64,000 nucleotides of DNA, taken from an uncultured Armatimonadetes bacterium (lineage in GTDB: Bacteria; Armatimonadota; Hebobacteria; Hebobacterales; Hebobacteraceae). Positions 1-10,071 of the stretch are shown piece after piece (position 1 is the first letter of the stretch; each line of letters opens with the position of its first letter). Below the pieces are notes generated by a model. The model worked only from the letters and a program-made list of their open reading frames with translations, was not told where the DNA came from and made no database searches. The DNA lies in NCBI GenBank assembly GCA_963716175.1, contig OY970296.1, forward strand, positions 2,752,001 through 2,816,000, in the 5' to 3' direction. The position numbers were made by a program, and so were the translations under genes.

Positions 1-2
1 CG

Positions 3-1013
3 GTGCGGGTGCCGATGACTCAACTGGAGGCGGAGGCCCCCACCGCACTCGCCGTGAGCGAGCTGCTGTCCACGGATTGCTGCGAAGTGGTGCTGTTGGA
101 CGGCGCGGCCGGAGGGAAGAAGCCGGTCTCTCTGGATGAGCGGGCGGCCGAGATCACCCAGGCCCAGGTGGGTGCGCAGGGCAGTTCTTTCCTCAATATC
201 AGCTTGGAGGTTCGCGCGCCTGCAGAGCGCTTGGCTGCTACGCCTCAGGATCGGCGGCAGATAGCGACGCCGGAAGTAGTGGAAGTCGAGAGACGGCCGG
301 CCGCGGAATTGCCATCGGTCCCCGGGGGAGAAGAGCGCCGCCAGGTGCAGCTCCCCGAGCTAGTGGAGGCATCCGTCGAGTCCGAGGAGTATGACGCCGA
401 TCTGCCTCTTGTGGTGGAGGCAGATTTGTTCGCGCCGGAGGAACCGGTGCCAGCCGCGGAGGCCGAGGGGAGCGGGCCGGAGGCATCTGAGCCCGTCACC
501 GAAGGGGGCATCATCGCGATCGTGGCAAAGCCGGTGCCCAGGGAGAAGCGGCCCCCGGAGTCTCAGGCTCGCAAGGAGTACATCCGCAAGGGCGACTGGC
601 TCCGCGCTCAGTTTCTCCCGGAGGTTCAGAATCTGGATTTCAGTGGGCTGTTCGTGGGCAATCTCGGGCTTGGCATCCGCGAGGAGCACGGGCGGAGGAC
701 CGTGGTGCTGGCCGATCCCGCCCGGATCACCGATATCCTGCTGCGGGGCAACAGCTACCGGCGCAGCGGCGATCATGCCAAGGCTCTGATCTGCTACCAG
801 GAGCTGGTGGATATGGACCCCGGCAACCCTGATTTCCGCTTCCTGTTGGGCAAGACGCTGCTGGCGCTCGGACAGCAGCCTGAGGCAATAGAAGCGTTTG
901 GGCGCGCCAGAGAGCTGGGCCACGAAGGGGCGCGGAAGGAACTCGAAGATCTCAAGGCCGCAGCTCCCCGGGCGCGCAAGCCGCTGGGCTTTCTCCGTTT
1001 CTGGAAGCAGTAG
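3..1013 (+). CDS. TPR-repeat protein with acidic low-complexity N-terminal region (5' end may lie outside window)
   Basis: C-terminal TPR-like helices (LLRGNSYRRSGDHAKALICYQELVDMDPGNPDFRFLLGKTLLALGQ). Confidence 0.7.
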   Translation: MRVPMTQLEAEAPTALAVSELLSTDCCEVVLLDGAAGGKKPVSLDERAAEITQAQVGAQGSSFLNISLEVRAPAERLAATPQDRRQIATPEVVEVERRPAAELPSVPGGEERRQVQLPELVEASVESEEYDADLPLVVEADLFAPEEPVPAAEAEGSGPEASEPVTEGGIIAIVAKPVPREKRPPESQARKEYIRKGDWLRAQFLPEVQNLDFSGLFVGNLGLGIREEHGRRTVVLADPARITDILLRGNSYRRSGDHAKALICYQELVDMDPGNPDFRFLLGKTLLALGQQPEAIEAFGRARELGHEGARKELEDLKAAAPRARKPLGFLRFWKQ

Positions 1014-1137
1014 GCCGACGGCGCATCATCCCCACCCATTCCACCCCGGGCCGAGGGGGGCCCGGGGTGGTGTTTTGGCCATTCCTCCGCGCCCCGGGGC
1101 AGGACTGGTAGGCCGCCATTAGCGAATATAGCCGACC

Positions 1138-1854
1138 ATGAGACCAGGATCGGTAGTCATCGTCTTCGCCCGCGCTCCGGTCCCTGGGGAGGCCAAGACT
1201 CGCCTGATTCCGGCGCTGGGAGCGTGGGGCGCGTCCGAGCTCTACCGGTGCTTCGTGCTCGATACTCTCGCCCGCAGCTCCGAACTCTCGGTGGACGTGA
1301 TGCTGGCCGCGGCCGAGGCCGATCAGGTTGAGGCCCTACGCTCGTTGGCCCAAGAGGCCTGCCCACGCGCGGAGATCATCGTCCAGACCGGCTCCGATCT
1401 GGGCGAACGGATGAGCGGCGCGTTCCAGGAGGCCCTTGGCCGGGGGTACCCCGGCGCGGTGTTGATCGGAACTGACGCCCCGAGCCTGCCGTTCGATCGT
1501 GTGGATCGCGCCCTCTCTCTGCTGCGGCACGGCAACCTGCAGCGGGGCCGTCAGTACGAGGCGGTGCTGGGCCCCTGCCTGGACGGCGGATACTACCTGA
1601 TCGGCCTGCGCGCGCCCATGCCTCAGCTCTTCCAGCACATGGTCTGGGGCACGCGCAGCGTGCTGGTTGACACGCTGCGGCGGGCACAATCGCTCAAGGC
1701 CTCGGTCTCCCTGCTCGAGCCCTGGTACGATGTTGACACCCCCGAAGACCTGGAGCTGCTCCGGTCCCACCTCACGGCCCTGTTCCTCGCCGGGGAGACG
1801 ATCCCTTGCCCTGCGACCTGGCACTACCTCCAGGAGCAACTGGCGGAGCAGTGA
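1138..1854 (+). CDS. DUF2064/TIGR04282-family glycosyltransferase-like protein
   Basis: FARAPVPGEAKTRL, QTGSDLGERM, IGTDAP, GPCLDGGYYLIG, WYDVDTPEDL motifs. Confidence 0.88.
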   Translation: MRPGSVVIVFARAPVPGEAKTRLIPALGAWGASELYRCFVLDTLARSSELSVDVMLAAAEADQVEALRSLAQEACPRAEIIVQTGSDLGERMSGAFQEALGRGYPGAVLIGTDAPSLPFDRVDRALSLLRHGNLQRGRQYEAVLGPCLDGGYYLIGLRAPMPQLFQHMVWGTRSVLVDTLRRAQSLKASVSLLEPWYDVDTPEDLELLRSHLTALFLAGETIPCPATWHYLQEQLAEQ

Positions 1855-1857
1855 CCC

Positions 1858-2574
1858 ATGCCGCGGGACCCGGCCCGGCTTGCGGTCATCATCCCGGCCC
1901 TGAATGAGGAGCAGTCCGTCGGGCAGGTAATCGCGGCCATCCCTCGCGAGCTGGCCTGCGAGATTATCGTGGTGGACAATGGCTCCACCGACCGTACCGC
2001 GGAAATCGCCTCCCAGCACGGGGCCCGCGTGATCGGTGAGCCCCAGCGCGGCTATGGCGCCGCCTGCCTGGCCGGGATCGCCGCCGTCTCGCAGGCGGAG
2101 GTGGTCGCCTTTCTCGACGCCGACTTCAGCGATGACCCGGCTCTGCTCACCCAACTGGTGGAGCCGATCCTGGGGGGCCGCGCCGACCTCGTGATCGGGT
2201 CTCGGATGCTGGGCGCGCGCGAGCCGGGCGCGATGCCGCCTCATGCCCGCTTCGGCAACCGGCTGGCCGGCCTCATCCTCACCCACCTCTACTGCCAGCC
2301 CACCACTGACCTGGGCCCCTTCCGCGCCATCCGCTATTCCGCCTTGCAGCGCCTCTGCATGAGAGACCGCGGCTACGGTTGGACCATGGAGATGCAGGCG
2401 AAGGCCGCGCGGTTGCGCCTCCGCACCCTGGAGGTCCCGGTTCCCTATCGGAGGCGAGTGGGCCGCTCCAAGATCAGCGGCTCCCTCTGGCCCTCGCTCC
2501 AGGCCGCGGCGATCATCATCGGCACGGCGGTGCGGCTACTGTGGTGGTGGCCGCCCTCCGCCTCAGGCCGATAG
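1858..2574 (+). CDS. Glycosyltransferase family 2
   Basis: IIPALNEE, VVDNGSTD, FLDAD, TDLGPFRAIR motifs. Confidence 0.92.
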   Translation: MPRDPARLAVIIPALNEEQSVGQVIAAIPRELACEIIVVDNGSTDRTAEIASQHGARVIGEPQRGYGAACLAGIAAVSQAEVVAFLDADFSDDPALLTQLVEPILGGRADLVIGSRMLGAREPGAMPPHARFGNRLAGLILTHLYCQPTTDLGPFRAIRYSALQRLCMRDRGYGWTMEMQAKAARLRLRTLEVPVPYRRRVGRSKISGSLWPSLQAAAIIIGTAVRLLWWWPPSASGR

Positions 2575-2598
2575 GCACCTCTGCCATCTGTGCTCAGT

Positions 2599-3012
2599 TC
2601 AAGGCCTCTTCCGCCGGCCACCAGCCAGTCGGTGTTTCTTCGTCTCCCCTTGCCCGCCGAGCGCGCGACTGAGCGTGGTCACGACGAACTGGTTCAGGCT
2701 GGCCCGTTCGGCTCGCGCCCGCCGAACAAGATCGCGGTGCAGACTCCTGGGGGTCCGCACCAGGAAGCGACCACTGTACTCCGGCTCGGCTGCTGGCGCC
2801 GGAATTGGGAGACCCTCGGACAGAGCCACCTCAATCCAGCCGGCCATCGCATCCCTGATCATCTCCACGGCCTCTTCCGCGGTGTCCGCCTCCGTCATGC
2901 ACCCCGGCAGCTCGGCTACCTCAGCGAAGAACGTCCCGTCCTCATACTGGCGGAGCTGTATCGTGTAAGGCAGGCGCAGGTACTCCTCAACTGTCTTAGC
3001 CACGGTCTTCAT
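2599..3012 (-). CDS. hicB: HicB-family antitoxin with C-terminal RHH domain
   Basis: FFAEVAELPGCMTEADT..EA and YSGRFLVRTPRSLHRDL; ATG at 3012 with GGAGG upstream. Confidence 0.9.
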   Translation of the reverse strand: MKTVAKTVEEYLRLPYTIQLRQYEDGTFFAEVAELPGCMTEADTAEEAVEMIRDAMAGWIEVALSEGLPIPAPAAEPEYSGRFLVRTPRSLHRDLVRRARAERASLNQFVVTTLSRALGGQGETKKHRLAGGRRKRP

Positions 3013-3283
3013 CAGCGCTGGCCTCCTCTGTATCAGTCTCCTGGAGCATAGCAAGCGCCCGCCGCACCACGTACTCCTTCAGATGCGGGCGCCTTCTGGG
3101 CACACTGAGCAGGTGGGGGCCACGATAGTAGAAGTAGTGGCTGCCGCCTCGCTTGGGCTTCCGCACCTGAAAACCATAGGCCCGCAGCAGCGCGTCCAGG
3201 TCCTCGAAGCGCACCTGCCTTGGGCTCTGCTCGACCTTCTGCCGCCTCTTCTGCCGAGTACTCAGCGCCACCCTCCTGCTCAT
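2996..3283 (-). CDS. hicA: HicA-family toxin
   Basis: FEDLDALLRAYGF..GGSHYFY..LSVP; overlaps hicB start; exact start uncertain. Confidence 0.85.
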   Translation of the reverse strand: MSRRVALSTRQKRRQKVEQSPRQVRFEDLDALLRAYGFQVRKPKRGGSHYFYYRGPHLLSVPRRRPHLKEYVVRRALAMLQETDTEEASADEDRG

Positions 3284-3311
3284 ATGATACCACATATGAT
3301 AGCATCGTCAA
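3281..3311 (-). promoter_or_regulatory. hicAB promoter/operator
   Basis: Minus strand TTGACG-16-TATCAT; CATATGAT occurs twice over the -10 region. Confidence 0.55.
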
Positions 3312-3373
3312 TGCCGGAACAGCACACCTGCGGCACCCGGCGCAGCGAGAGCTTTAGCTAAGGCCCCGCAGCA

Positions 3374-4756
3374 TCAAGCCGCAGAAGAGTCTACCCGAGA
3401 CCGCGTCACCCGCCACCAGACCGCCTGTCCGATGAGCAGGGCGAAGACCGGCGTGTAGCCGGCCCACAGCAGTGTGCGGTAGGCCTCGGGGTAGATCCAG
3501 CGCAGGTAATACTGGGCTGAGACGGTGAGGGTGAACAGGACCCAGCCCGGGATCGCCCACCAGCAGAGCAAGGGCAGGGACCAGATCACGTACCAGGGCA
3601 GGGTCGGCGCCCCCAGCACCAGACTGGCGGCAAGCACAGCGAAGGTGGCGGCGATCAGCCCTTCCAGGCCTGCCCGCAGTCGCCAGGTCAGCCACGCGGT
3701 GAGCGCGAGTGTTGCCAGCGTGCTGGCCGCGCGAGTGATCCCATAGTGCCACTCCACGTCCAGCGCGTTCAGTGTCCAGTTAGACAGGAAGAAAAGGCCT
3801 GAGTTGACCTCCCAGTGTCCGAAGTACTCGCTCAGACCGCTGAACAGGTGCCGGCCTGCCCCGGCAAAGGGGGCGAGCATGATCGCACAGGCAGCAGAGA
3901 AGACGGCCGCGGTCTTCCATCCGCCGCGGCGGACGAAGAAAGGCAGAGCGAGAACCGCGAATCCCTTGGCCAGCACCGCGGCAGCCAGCGCCACCGCGGC
4001 GCCGGGGCCTGGCCGGCCCTGCCTCCGCGCCGCCAGGACCAAGGCAGTCAGCAACAGGAAGAGCCCCAGCGCATCCACATGCACCCCGCCGGTCACCTCG
4101 GTCACGGCCAGCGGACACCAGGCATACCAGATCACCCGCTCCGCCGGCCGCCCCGTGCGCCTGAGCAGCGCGATCAGCGCCAGTACGCTTGCCATGTCGA
4201 AGACGACGAACAGCCACCTGAACAGCTCTGCGTCCCGGGCCCTCACCCGCGTCACCGCGGCGAAGAATAGCTCCGCGGCCGGCGGATAGACGGTGGGGAT
4301 GTTGCGGAAGTTCATCTTCCGCCAGTTGGGGTCGCGGAGGTATCTGACCTCCGGCGCGTCGGGCCGGTGAAGATAGGGATTCACACCGGCGTTGATGCAG
4401 CGCCCGTCCCAGACATAGCGCCAGTAGTCGGTGGATAGGGGAGGAGTGCGCTCGAGGGCGACGATCCGCATCCCAAGGGCGGCCAAAACCAGCCATAGCA
4501 GCACCCACCGGGGCAGTCGGCCGGCCCGCATCGCCAGCAAGGCCGCCGCCAGGTAGCAGAACCAGGCCACCGAGTACCCCCGCACGAAGCGCGCCGCCCC
4601 ACCCGGCGCGCTCAGCTCGGGGCCGGCAGACCCGAGGGCCGCACCCGCCGCCAGGCCCAGCAGGAGCATCAGCCAAGGGGTTGCGCGTTGGAGCATGTTC
4701 GACTTGGTCTGCGCGGGCGCCGCAGCCACTTGACCGCTCCTGCGGGTCGGACTCAT
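3374..4756 (-). CDS. GT87/DUF2029-like membrane glycosyltransferase
   Basis: LSTDYWRYVWDG, GVNPY, YPPAAE, GHVD-like and PWY motifs; many TM helices. Confidence 0.8.
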   Translation of the reverse strand: MSPTRRSGQVAAAPAQTKSNMLQRATPWLMLLLGLAAGAALGSAGPELSAPGGAARFVRGYSVAWFCYLAAALLAMRAGRLPRWVLLWLVLAALGMRIVALERTPPLSTDYWRYVWDGRCINAGVNPYLHRPDAPEVRYLRDPNWRKMNFRNIPTVYPPAAELFFAAVTRVRARDAELFRWLFVVFDMASVLALIALLRRTGRPAERVIWYAWCPLAVTEVTGGVHVDALGLFLLLTALVLAARRQGRPGPGAAVALAAAVLAKGFAVLALPFFVRRGGWKTAAVFSAACAIMLAPFAGAGRHLFSGLSEYFGHWEVNSGLFFLSNWTLNALDVEWHYGITRAASTLATLALTAWLTWRLRAGLEGLIAATFAVLAASLVLGAPTLPWYVIWSLPLLCWWAIPGWVLFTLTVSAQYYLRWIYPEAYRTLLWAGYTPVFALLIGQAVWWRVTRSRVDSSAA

Positions 4757-5610
4757 CTCTGCCGCGGTCTTGGCCTGCTGCTCCTGAGTGGCTCCGCCGA
4801 CCGAGAGAAGAACTCATCTTGCAGCTTCCTGGTGACGCGGTCCTGCTTCACCGCCCGCACCACCTCCACCAGGCCGCGGATCCCCGCCTCCAGTATCAGC
4901 GCGCCCAAGTCTGCGTTCGACGCGGAGGGCTCGCCCGCGAAGTGATTGGGGTAGTCGGCATACCACCACATACCGCTATAGGCCTCCAGGCCGCGCAACC
5001 GCTTCTGCGGCAGGCCGCTCTCGTCTCCCGCTTCCTCCAGCTGCACCAGCTCCGGGCGGATCGCCATCATCCGGCTGGTCTCCCCCTCATCAGCATGGCC
5101 GCCCCAGTCTGTCTTGCGCATGGCCTTAATCCGTTTCTCCATCTCGAGATCCCTGGGACGGCCCGCCACATACACCACGTACTCGCGAGGCCGGGCGAGC
5201 TGGGTCTGGCAGAAGTAGTTGAGCCAATCGTTGTTCCCTCCATGGCCATTGACGATGAGGACTTTGCCGAAGCCATTGCGCCCGATGGCGTCGCACACGT
5301 CCTGCAGCAGCGCGGTCAGGAGCTCGGGCGAGATGGTGACGCATCCGGGCTGATGTCTGGCCTCATAGATCTGCCCGAAGTAGTAATAAGGGAAGACCAC
5401 CGCGTACTCGCGCTGCGCGGCGCCGATGGCCTGCGCCCGGGCAGCGATCACATCGGTCCCCAGGGGCAGATGGGGCCCATGCTTCTCGATCACGCCGATT
5501 GGGAGCAGGCACACGCCCTGCGCCTGCTTCACCGCCTTCGGGAAATCGGCGGCGGTCAACTCCTCCCACTGCACTGGCAGGTGACGCGTTCGTTGCGCTC
5601 GCACGGTCAT
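4753..5610 (-). CDS. Creatininase family amidohydrolase
   Basis: PIGVIEKHGPHLPLGTD, NGHGGN, HADEGETS. Confidence 0.92.
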   Translation of the reverse strand: MTVRAQRTRHLPVQWEELTAADFPKAVKQAQGVCLLPIGVIEKHGPHLPLGTDVIAARAQAIGAAQREYAVVFPYYYFGQIYEARHQPGCVTISPELLTALLQDVCDAIGRNGFGKVLIVNGHGGNNDWLNYFCQTQLARPREYVVYVAGRPRDLEMEKRIKAMRKTDWGGHADEGETSRMMAIRPELVQLEEAGDESGLPQKRLRGLEAYSGMWWYADYPNHFAGEPSASNADLGALILEAGIRGLVEVVRAVKQDRVTRKLQDEFFSRSAEPLRSSRPRPRQR

Positions 5611-6078
5611 CTCAGCCTCCTACTGATGTTGGCATGTCGAAGTGAGCCCAGGCTTGCCCTCGGACTGTGCTCGACTTGAGAGTTTGCGGAAGCGGCTCCC
5701 GACTCCTTCCCGCCTTGCCTCCCTGAGCCCCTTGGAGGGCCTCTTGCTGGTCGCAGGGGCGTTTTGCGCCGCTTGGGGCCCCCCCAGGGGCGCGGGAGCG
5801 GCCCCATCGGCTGGCTTGAGAATGCCCTTTCAGGATGGGGTATATCTGCCTGGGTGTCTCCGTGTACCGGGGCGCCCGGAGTAGCTGGCTCGGCAAACAG
5901 CCCGAGCCTTTGGGGACCGCAACCCCCCACCACCCATAGGCGCCCCGGCGTCCGCCTCCGCCGGGGCGCCAGCCCTTCCAGGCGCAGGATAGCCAGCCGC
6001 AGGCGCAGAAGCCCAGGTGCGCCCTGGGAGCCTGCGACAAGGCCCGCGGGATCTTGGTACACCGCCCAAGGAGCTGCC

Positions 6079-6832
6079 GTGGAGATACAGGTCTCATTCC
6101 CGTCGGAGGGCGAAGCGATCTTCGGTGTCCTTCACCTGCCCGCGACCGCCGCGGCGCCAGGCCTCATAATGTGCCACGGCTTCACCGGCCACCGCGCCGA
6201 GTCCCATCGCCTGTTCGTGGTGGCGGCCCGGGACTTCTGCCAGCACGGTCTGGCGGTTCTGAGGTTCGATTTCCGCGGCTCTGGCGACAGCGCCGGCGAG
6301 TTCCGTGAGATGACCGTCTCGCGGGAGACCACTGATGCCGCTGCCGCCCTCGCGTGATCTCGCCTCCCGGCCCGAGGTGAACCCCGACCGCGTCGGGGTG
6401 CTCGGGCTCAGCTTGGGCGGGTGTGTCGCTGCCTGCCTGGCGGGCCGCGAGCCGAGGGTGCGGGCCCTGGTGCTGTGGTCGGCAGCAGCTCACCCGGAGC
6501 GCATCCGCGAGCATCTCCAGTCGCAGTGGGGGGAGAGTGAAGTGCTGGACTTCAACGGATGGGGCCTGGGGCGTGGGTTCCTGGAGGATCTTCCCCGCAT
6601 TCATCCCCTGGCGGAGGCGCGGCGCTACCTGGGGCCGAGCCTGATCGTCCACGGCGAGCAAGACGAGGTGGTGCCGCCCTCGGACGCATCTGACTTCCAG
6701 CAAGCGCTCGGCGGCCCCAGCGAACTGCACCTGGTGAAGGGCGCCGACCACGTGTTCTCCGGTCTCACCTGGCAGGCGGAAGCGATCACGAAGTCGCGCC
6801 AGTTCCTGTTGGCCAGTCTCGTCGGCGGCTGA
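6079..6832 (+). pseudogene. Alpha/beta hydrolase split by a frameshift near 6355 (real or sequencing error)
   Basis: CHGFTG and RFDFRGSGDS in one frame; GLSLGG, HGEQDEVV and GADHVF in the next. Confidence 0.8.
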
Positions 6833-6854
6833 ACGGCCGGAGCCCTTTCAGGAG

Positions 6855-7256
6855 GTGGCACTGGTGACCCGATTGCGCAACATGGAGGAGCTGATCGCCA
6901 AGCTGCGGGCGCGGCAGATCCGGGAAGTGAGGCTAACGGGCAAAGTGGCCACTACGACTCCTCCCGGGGGCAGGCAGATCCTGTTCCGCGGTCGCCTCGT
7001 TCTGTCCGCTGATCTGGGCGGGGGCGACGAGATGCAGTACGCGGAGACCGTGAGGCCCTATGCCGCAGAGACCAAAGCCTCGGAGCTGCCGGTCAGCCGG
7101 AGACGGGCAACCGATCTCCAACGCTCGCAGTCGGCGCTGATGCGCCAGCTCCAGGCCTACCGCAGCGAATACCAGCAGGTGATGGAGGCGGCTCGCGCGA
7201 GCCTCACGCAGAAGCTGAAGCAGGCCGGCATCACCGTGGTCGAGCCGGAGGAGTAG
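6855..7256 (+). CDS. Hypothetical protein
   Basis: AGGAGG upstream, operon-like spacing. Confidence 0.6.
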   Translation: MALVTRLRNMEELIAKLRARQIREVRLTGKVATTTPPGGRQILFRGRLVLSADLGGGDEMQYAETVRPYAAETKASELPVSRRRATDLQRSQSALMRQLQAYRSEYQQVMEAARASLTQKLKQAGITVVEPEE

Positions 7257-7261
7257 GCCCG

Positions 7262-7534
7262 ATGCGCATCACCATTGCCGTCCGCGGCCACTTCCGGAAC
7301 ACCTCGGCCCTGGGGAAGGACGAGATGACCGTCACCATCCCTGATACCGGCAGCCTGCACATCCGGGATTTGCTCGAGACCCTGAATATCCTGGAGGAGG
7401 AGGTCGGGCGGATCACCGTCAACGGCCGGCCCGGTCGTCTCACCGAGGGTCTGCGCCACCGCGCGGTTGGAGTTCTTCCCGCGGGAGCGATCCAGGTGAC
7501 GGGGCTGAGACCGGCCCCTCGCACTCTCGGCTAG
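7262..7534 (+). CDS. Small MoaD/ThiS-like (beta-grasp) protein lacking C-terminal GG
   Basis: IRDLLETLNI..EV..ITVNGR pattern. Confidence 0.5.
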   Translation: MRITIAVRGHFRNTSALGKDEMTVTIPDTGSLHIRDLLETLNILEEEVGRITVNGRPGRLTEGLRHRAVGVLPAGAIQVTGLRPAPRTLG

Positions 7535-8283
7535 CTCACCTCTCCCGCCAGATAGGCCTGCGTCCTGCGGTCGCGGGGCCGGGCGAAAAACTCAGCCGCG
7601 GGACCGTGCTCCACCAGTTCTCCCAGATAGAGGAAGACCACGTAGTCGGCAAGGCGTTTCGCCTGTCTCAGGATATGGGTGACCACGGCGATGGTGTAGC
7701 TGCCCTTGAGCTCGATCAACCGTCTCTCCACCTGCTGGGCCGACTGGGGGTCCAGCGCGGAGGTGGGCTCATCTCCCAGCAGCACCTCGGGCTCCACCGC
7801 CAGGGCCCGCGCCAGGCATAGCCGCTGCTGCTGCCCCACCGACAGCTTGGAGGCCGGGGCCCGCAACCGGTCCTTCACCTCCCCCCAGAGGCTGGCGGTC
7901 CGCAGGCACTGCTCCACTATCTGGTCGAGATGGCGCCGATCCCTCATCCCATGGATCCTGGGCCCGTAGGCCACGTTGTCGTAGATGGACATGGGCAGCG
8001 GGCAGGGCTTCTGAGCCAGCAGCCCCATCTTCTTGCGCAGCGGGATCACATCCACGCCCGGGTCCAGGATGTTGACTCCATCAATCAGCACCTCCCCCTG
8101 CACCCGTACCCCATCGGTCTCGTCAATCAGCCGGTTGCAGGTCTTGAGCAGCGTGGTCTTGCCGCAGCCGGAGGGCCCGATGATGGCTGTGATCTGGCCG
8201 TCTGGGATATCCACGGTGACATCCCGCAGGGCCTGATGCCCATCGTAGAAGACGTTCAGGTTGCGGATGCTGATGTGCGGCAT
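7531..8283 (-). CDS. pstB: Phosphate ABC transporter ATPase
   Basis: GPSGCGKTT, SIYDNVAYG, LSVGQQQRLC, DEPTSALD. Confidence 0.95.
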   Translation of the reverse strand: MPHISIRNLNVFYDGHQALRDVTVDIPDGQITAIIGPSGCGKTTLLKTCNRLIDETDGVRVQGEVLIDGVNILDPGVDVIPLRKKMGLLAQKPCPLPMSIYDNVAYGPRIHGMRDRRHLDQIVEQCLRTASLWGEVKDRLRAPASKLSVGQQQRLCLARALAVEPEVLLGDEPTSALDPQSAQQVERRLIELKGSYTIAVVTHILRQAKRLADYVVFLYLGELVEHGPAAEFFARPRDRRTQAYLAGEVS

Positions 8284-8296
8284 ATGCTACCTCCGA

Positions 8297-9148
8297 TCAC
8301 CGGACCACGTGCTGCTCGTATCTCTTCGCCAGCAGGCGGGAGACCACGCTGACGGCCAACACCAGGGCTAGCAGAATCGCCCCGGAAGCATACCCCCGCT
8401 GCTTCACCTCCTCGAAGGGGGCCTGCGTCTGGAAGAACACCGCCAGGGGGAGAGAGGCCACGGGCTCGGCCAGCGAGGAGGGCAGCCGATCCGTATAGCC
8501 GGCGGTGAAGAGCACCGAAGCCGCATCCCCAATCCCCCGGCCGAAGGCGAGCAGAACCGCGGTCAGCACCCCAGGCAGCGCCTGGCGCCAAACCACCTTG
8601 AGCGTGGTCTCGAGCCGGGTGGCGCCCAGGGTGTAGGAGGCCTCCTTCAGGTCTGCGGGCACCAGCCTCACCACCTCATCCATCGCTCGCGCCATGATGG
8701 GCAACTCCACTAAGGTGAGCGCAATGATGCCGCCCAGGAGGCAGGCCCGCAGGCCCAGGTAAAGCATGAGGATGAAGCCGAAGGCGCCGTAGACGATGGA
8801 GGGAATCCCCCACAGCACATCCAGGGCCAGCCGGGTGGCTCTCGCCAGCCAGCTCCGGCCGCCGAAGTCTCGCTGCAGGTAGCCCGTTACCGGGAGGCTG
8901 AGGGCGAACGCGGCAGTGGTGGCCCCGAAGGCCAGGCAGAGCGACCCCACGATCGCGTTCAGCACCCCGCCCTCCTTGCCCAGGTAGTAGCCGCCCCGTG
9001 GCACCTGGGTGATCATGGCCAGGTTCAGTGCCGGCAGTCCGCGCACCAGCACCACCGCCAGCACCGCACCCAGGCCACCTGCCACCAGCAGGGCCGAGGC
9101 CACCATCAGCACCCGGAACAGGGCCTCCTCCAGCCGCCTCGCCTTCAT
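8297..9148 (-). CDS. pstA: Phosphate ABC transporter permease
   Basis: GIPSIVYG, EASYTLGAT loop; pst order. Confidence 0.9.
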   Translation of the reverse strand: MKARRLEEALFRVLMVASALLVAGGLGAVLAVVLVRGLPALNLAMITQVPRGGYYLGKEGGVLNAIVGSLCLAFGATTAAFALSLPVTGYLQRDFGGRSWLARATRLALDVLWGIPSIVYGAFGFILMLYLGLRACLLGGIIALTLVELPIMARAMDEVVRLVPADLKEASYTLGATRLETTLKVVWRQALPGVLTAVLLAFGRGIGDAASVLFTAGYTDRLPSSLAEPVASLPLAVFFQTQAPFEEVKQRGYASGAILLALVLAVSVVSRLLAKRYEQHVVR

Positions 9149-10032
9149 CTCACTGCTGCCCTCGTTACCCCCCGCAGCATCACGGCGGTGGCCAGGTTGA
9201 AGGTGAGCACCAGGGTCAGCAGCACCAGGGCGGCCAGCAAGAGCGCGGAGTCATAGAGCGGAATGCTCATCATCTCCCCGTAGTTGTTCGCGATCAAGGC
9301 CGGCAACGGGTAAGCCGGATCGAACACCGAGTGGGGCGGCTTCGGCACGTTCCCCACCACCATCAACACCGCCATCGTCTCCCCGAGGGCGCGGGAGAAA
9401 CCCAGCACCACCGCCGCCGCCAGCCCCGGGACCACGCTCCGGAGCGTGACGTGCTTGACGGTTTGCCACTTGCTGGCGCCGAGGGCCAGAGAAGCCTCTC
9501 TGGTGGCCAGCGGAACTGACCTCAGCACCTCCTGAGCCACCGCGATCATGATGGGAGAGACCATGATCGCCAACACGATGCCCCCGGCCAAGACACTGTA
9601 GCCCATGCTGCTGGAGCCGAACTGGGTGCCGACCTTGCCCACGAAAGGGACGACCGCCAGCATCCCCCACAGGCCGAAGACTACCGGAGGGATGCCGGCC
9701 AGCAGATCCATGAGCGGCTGCGCCAGCGCCCGCACCCGCCGGCCGGCGTATTCCGCCAGATAGATGGCCGTGAGCAGGCAGACCGGAACGCTGAGCGCCA
9801 TCGCCAGGCCGCTCACCCACAGTGTGCCGAGCAGGAACGGGTAGAGGCCGAACTCGCCTCTCAGCGGGTGCCAGGAGGAGGAGAACAGAAGATGAGAGAG
9901 CGGCTTGGTGGCCAGAATGGGCCGCGATTTCTGCAGCAGGCCCAGCGCCACAGCGAACACGAGCACCAGGCAGATGGCCGCTGCTGCGCTCATCACCGTC
10001 GCCGCCACCCAGTCCTTCCACTTCCTCGGCAT
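9145..10032 (-). CDS. pstC: Phosphate ABC transporter permease
   Basis: LLAGIPPVVFG, EASLALGA, RALGETMAV. Confidence 0.92.
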   Translation of the reverse strand: MPRKWKDWVAATVMSAAAAICLVLVFAVALGLLQKSRPILATKPLSHLLFSSSWHPLRGEFGLYPFLLGTLWVSGLAMALSVPVCLLTAIYLAEYAGRRVRALAQPLMDLLAGIPPVVFGLWGMLAVVPFVGKVGTQFGSSSMGYSVLAGGIVLAIMVSPIMIAVAQEVLRSVPLATREASLALGASKWQTVKHVTLRSVVPGLAAAVVLGFSRALGETMAVLMVVGNVPKPPHSVFDPAYPLPALIANNYGEMMSIPLYDSALLLAALVLLTLVLTFNLATAVMLRGVTRAAVR

Positions 10033-10071
10033 GCGCCGCTGTCTCCGTCGCCAGGGGTAATACGGACCCCG

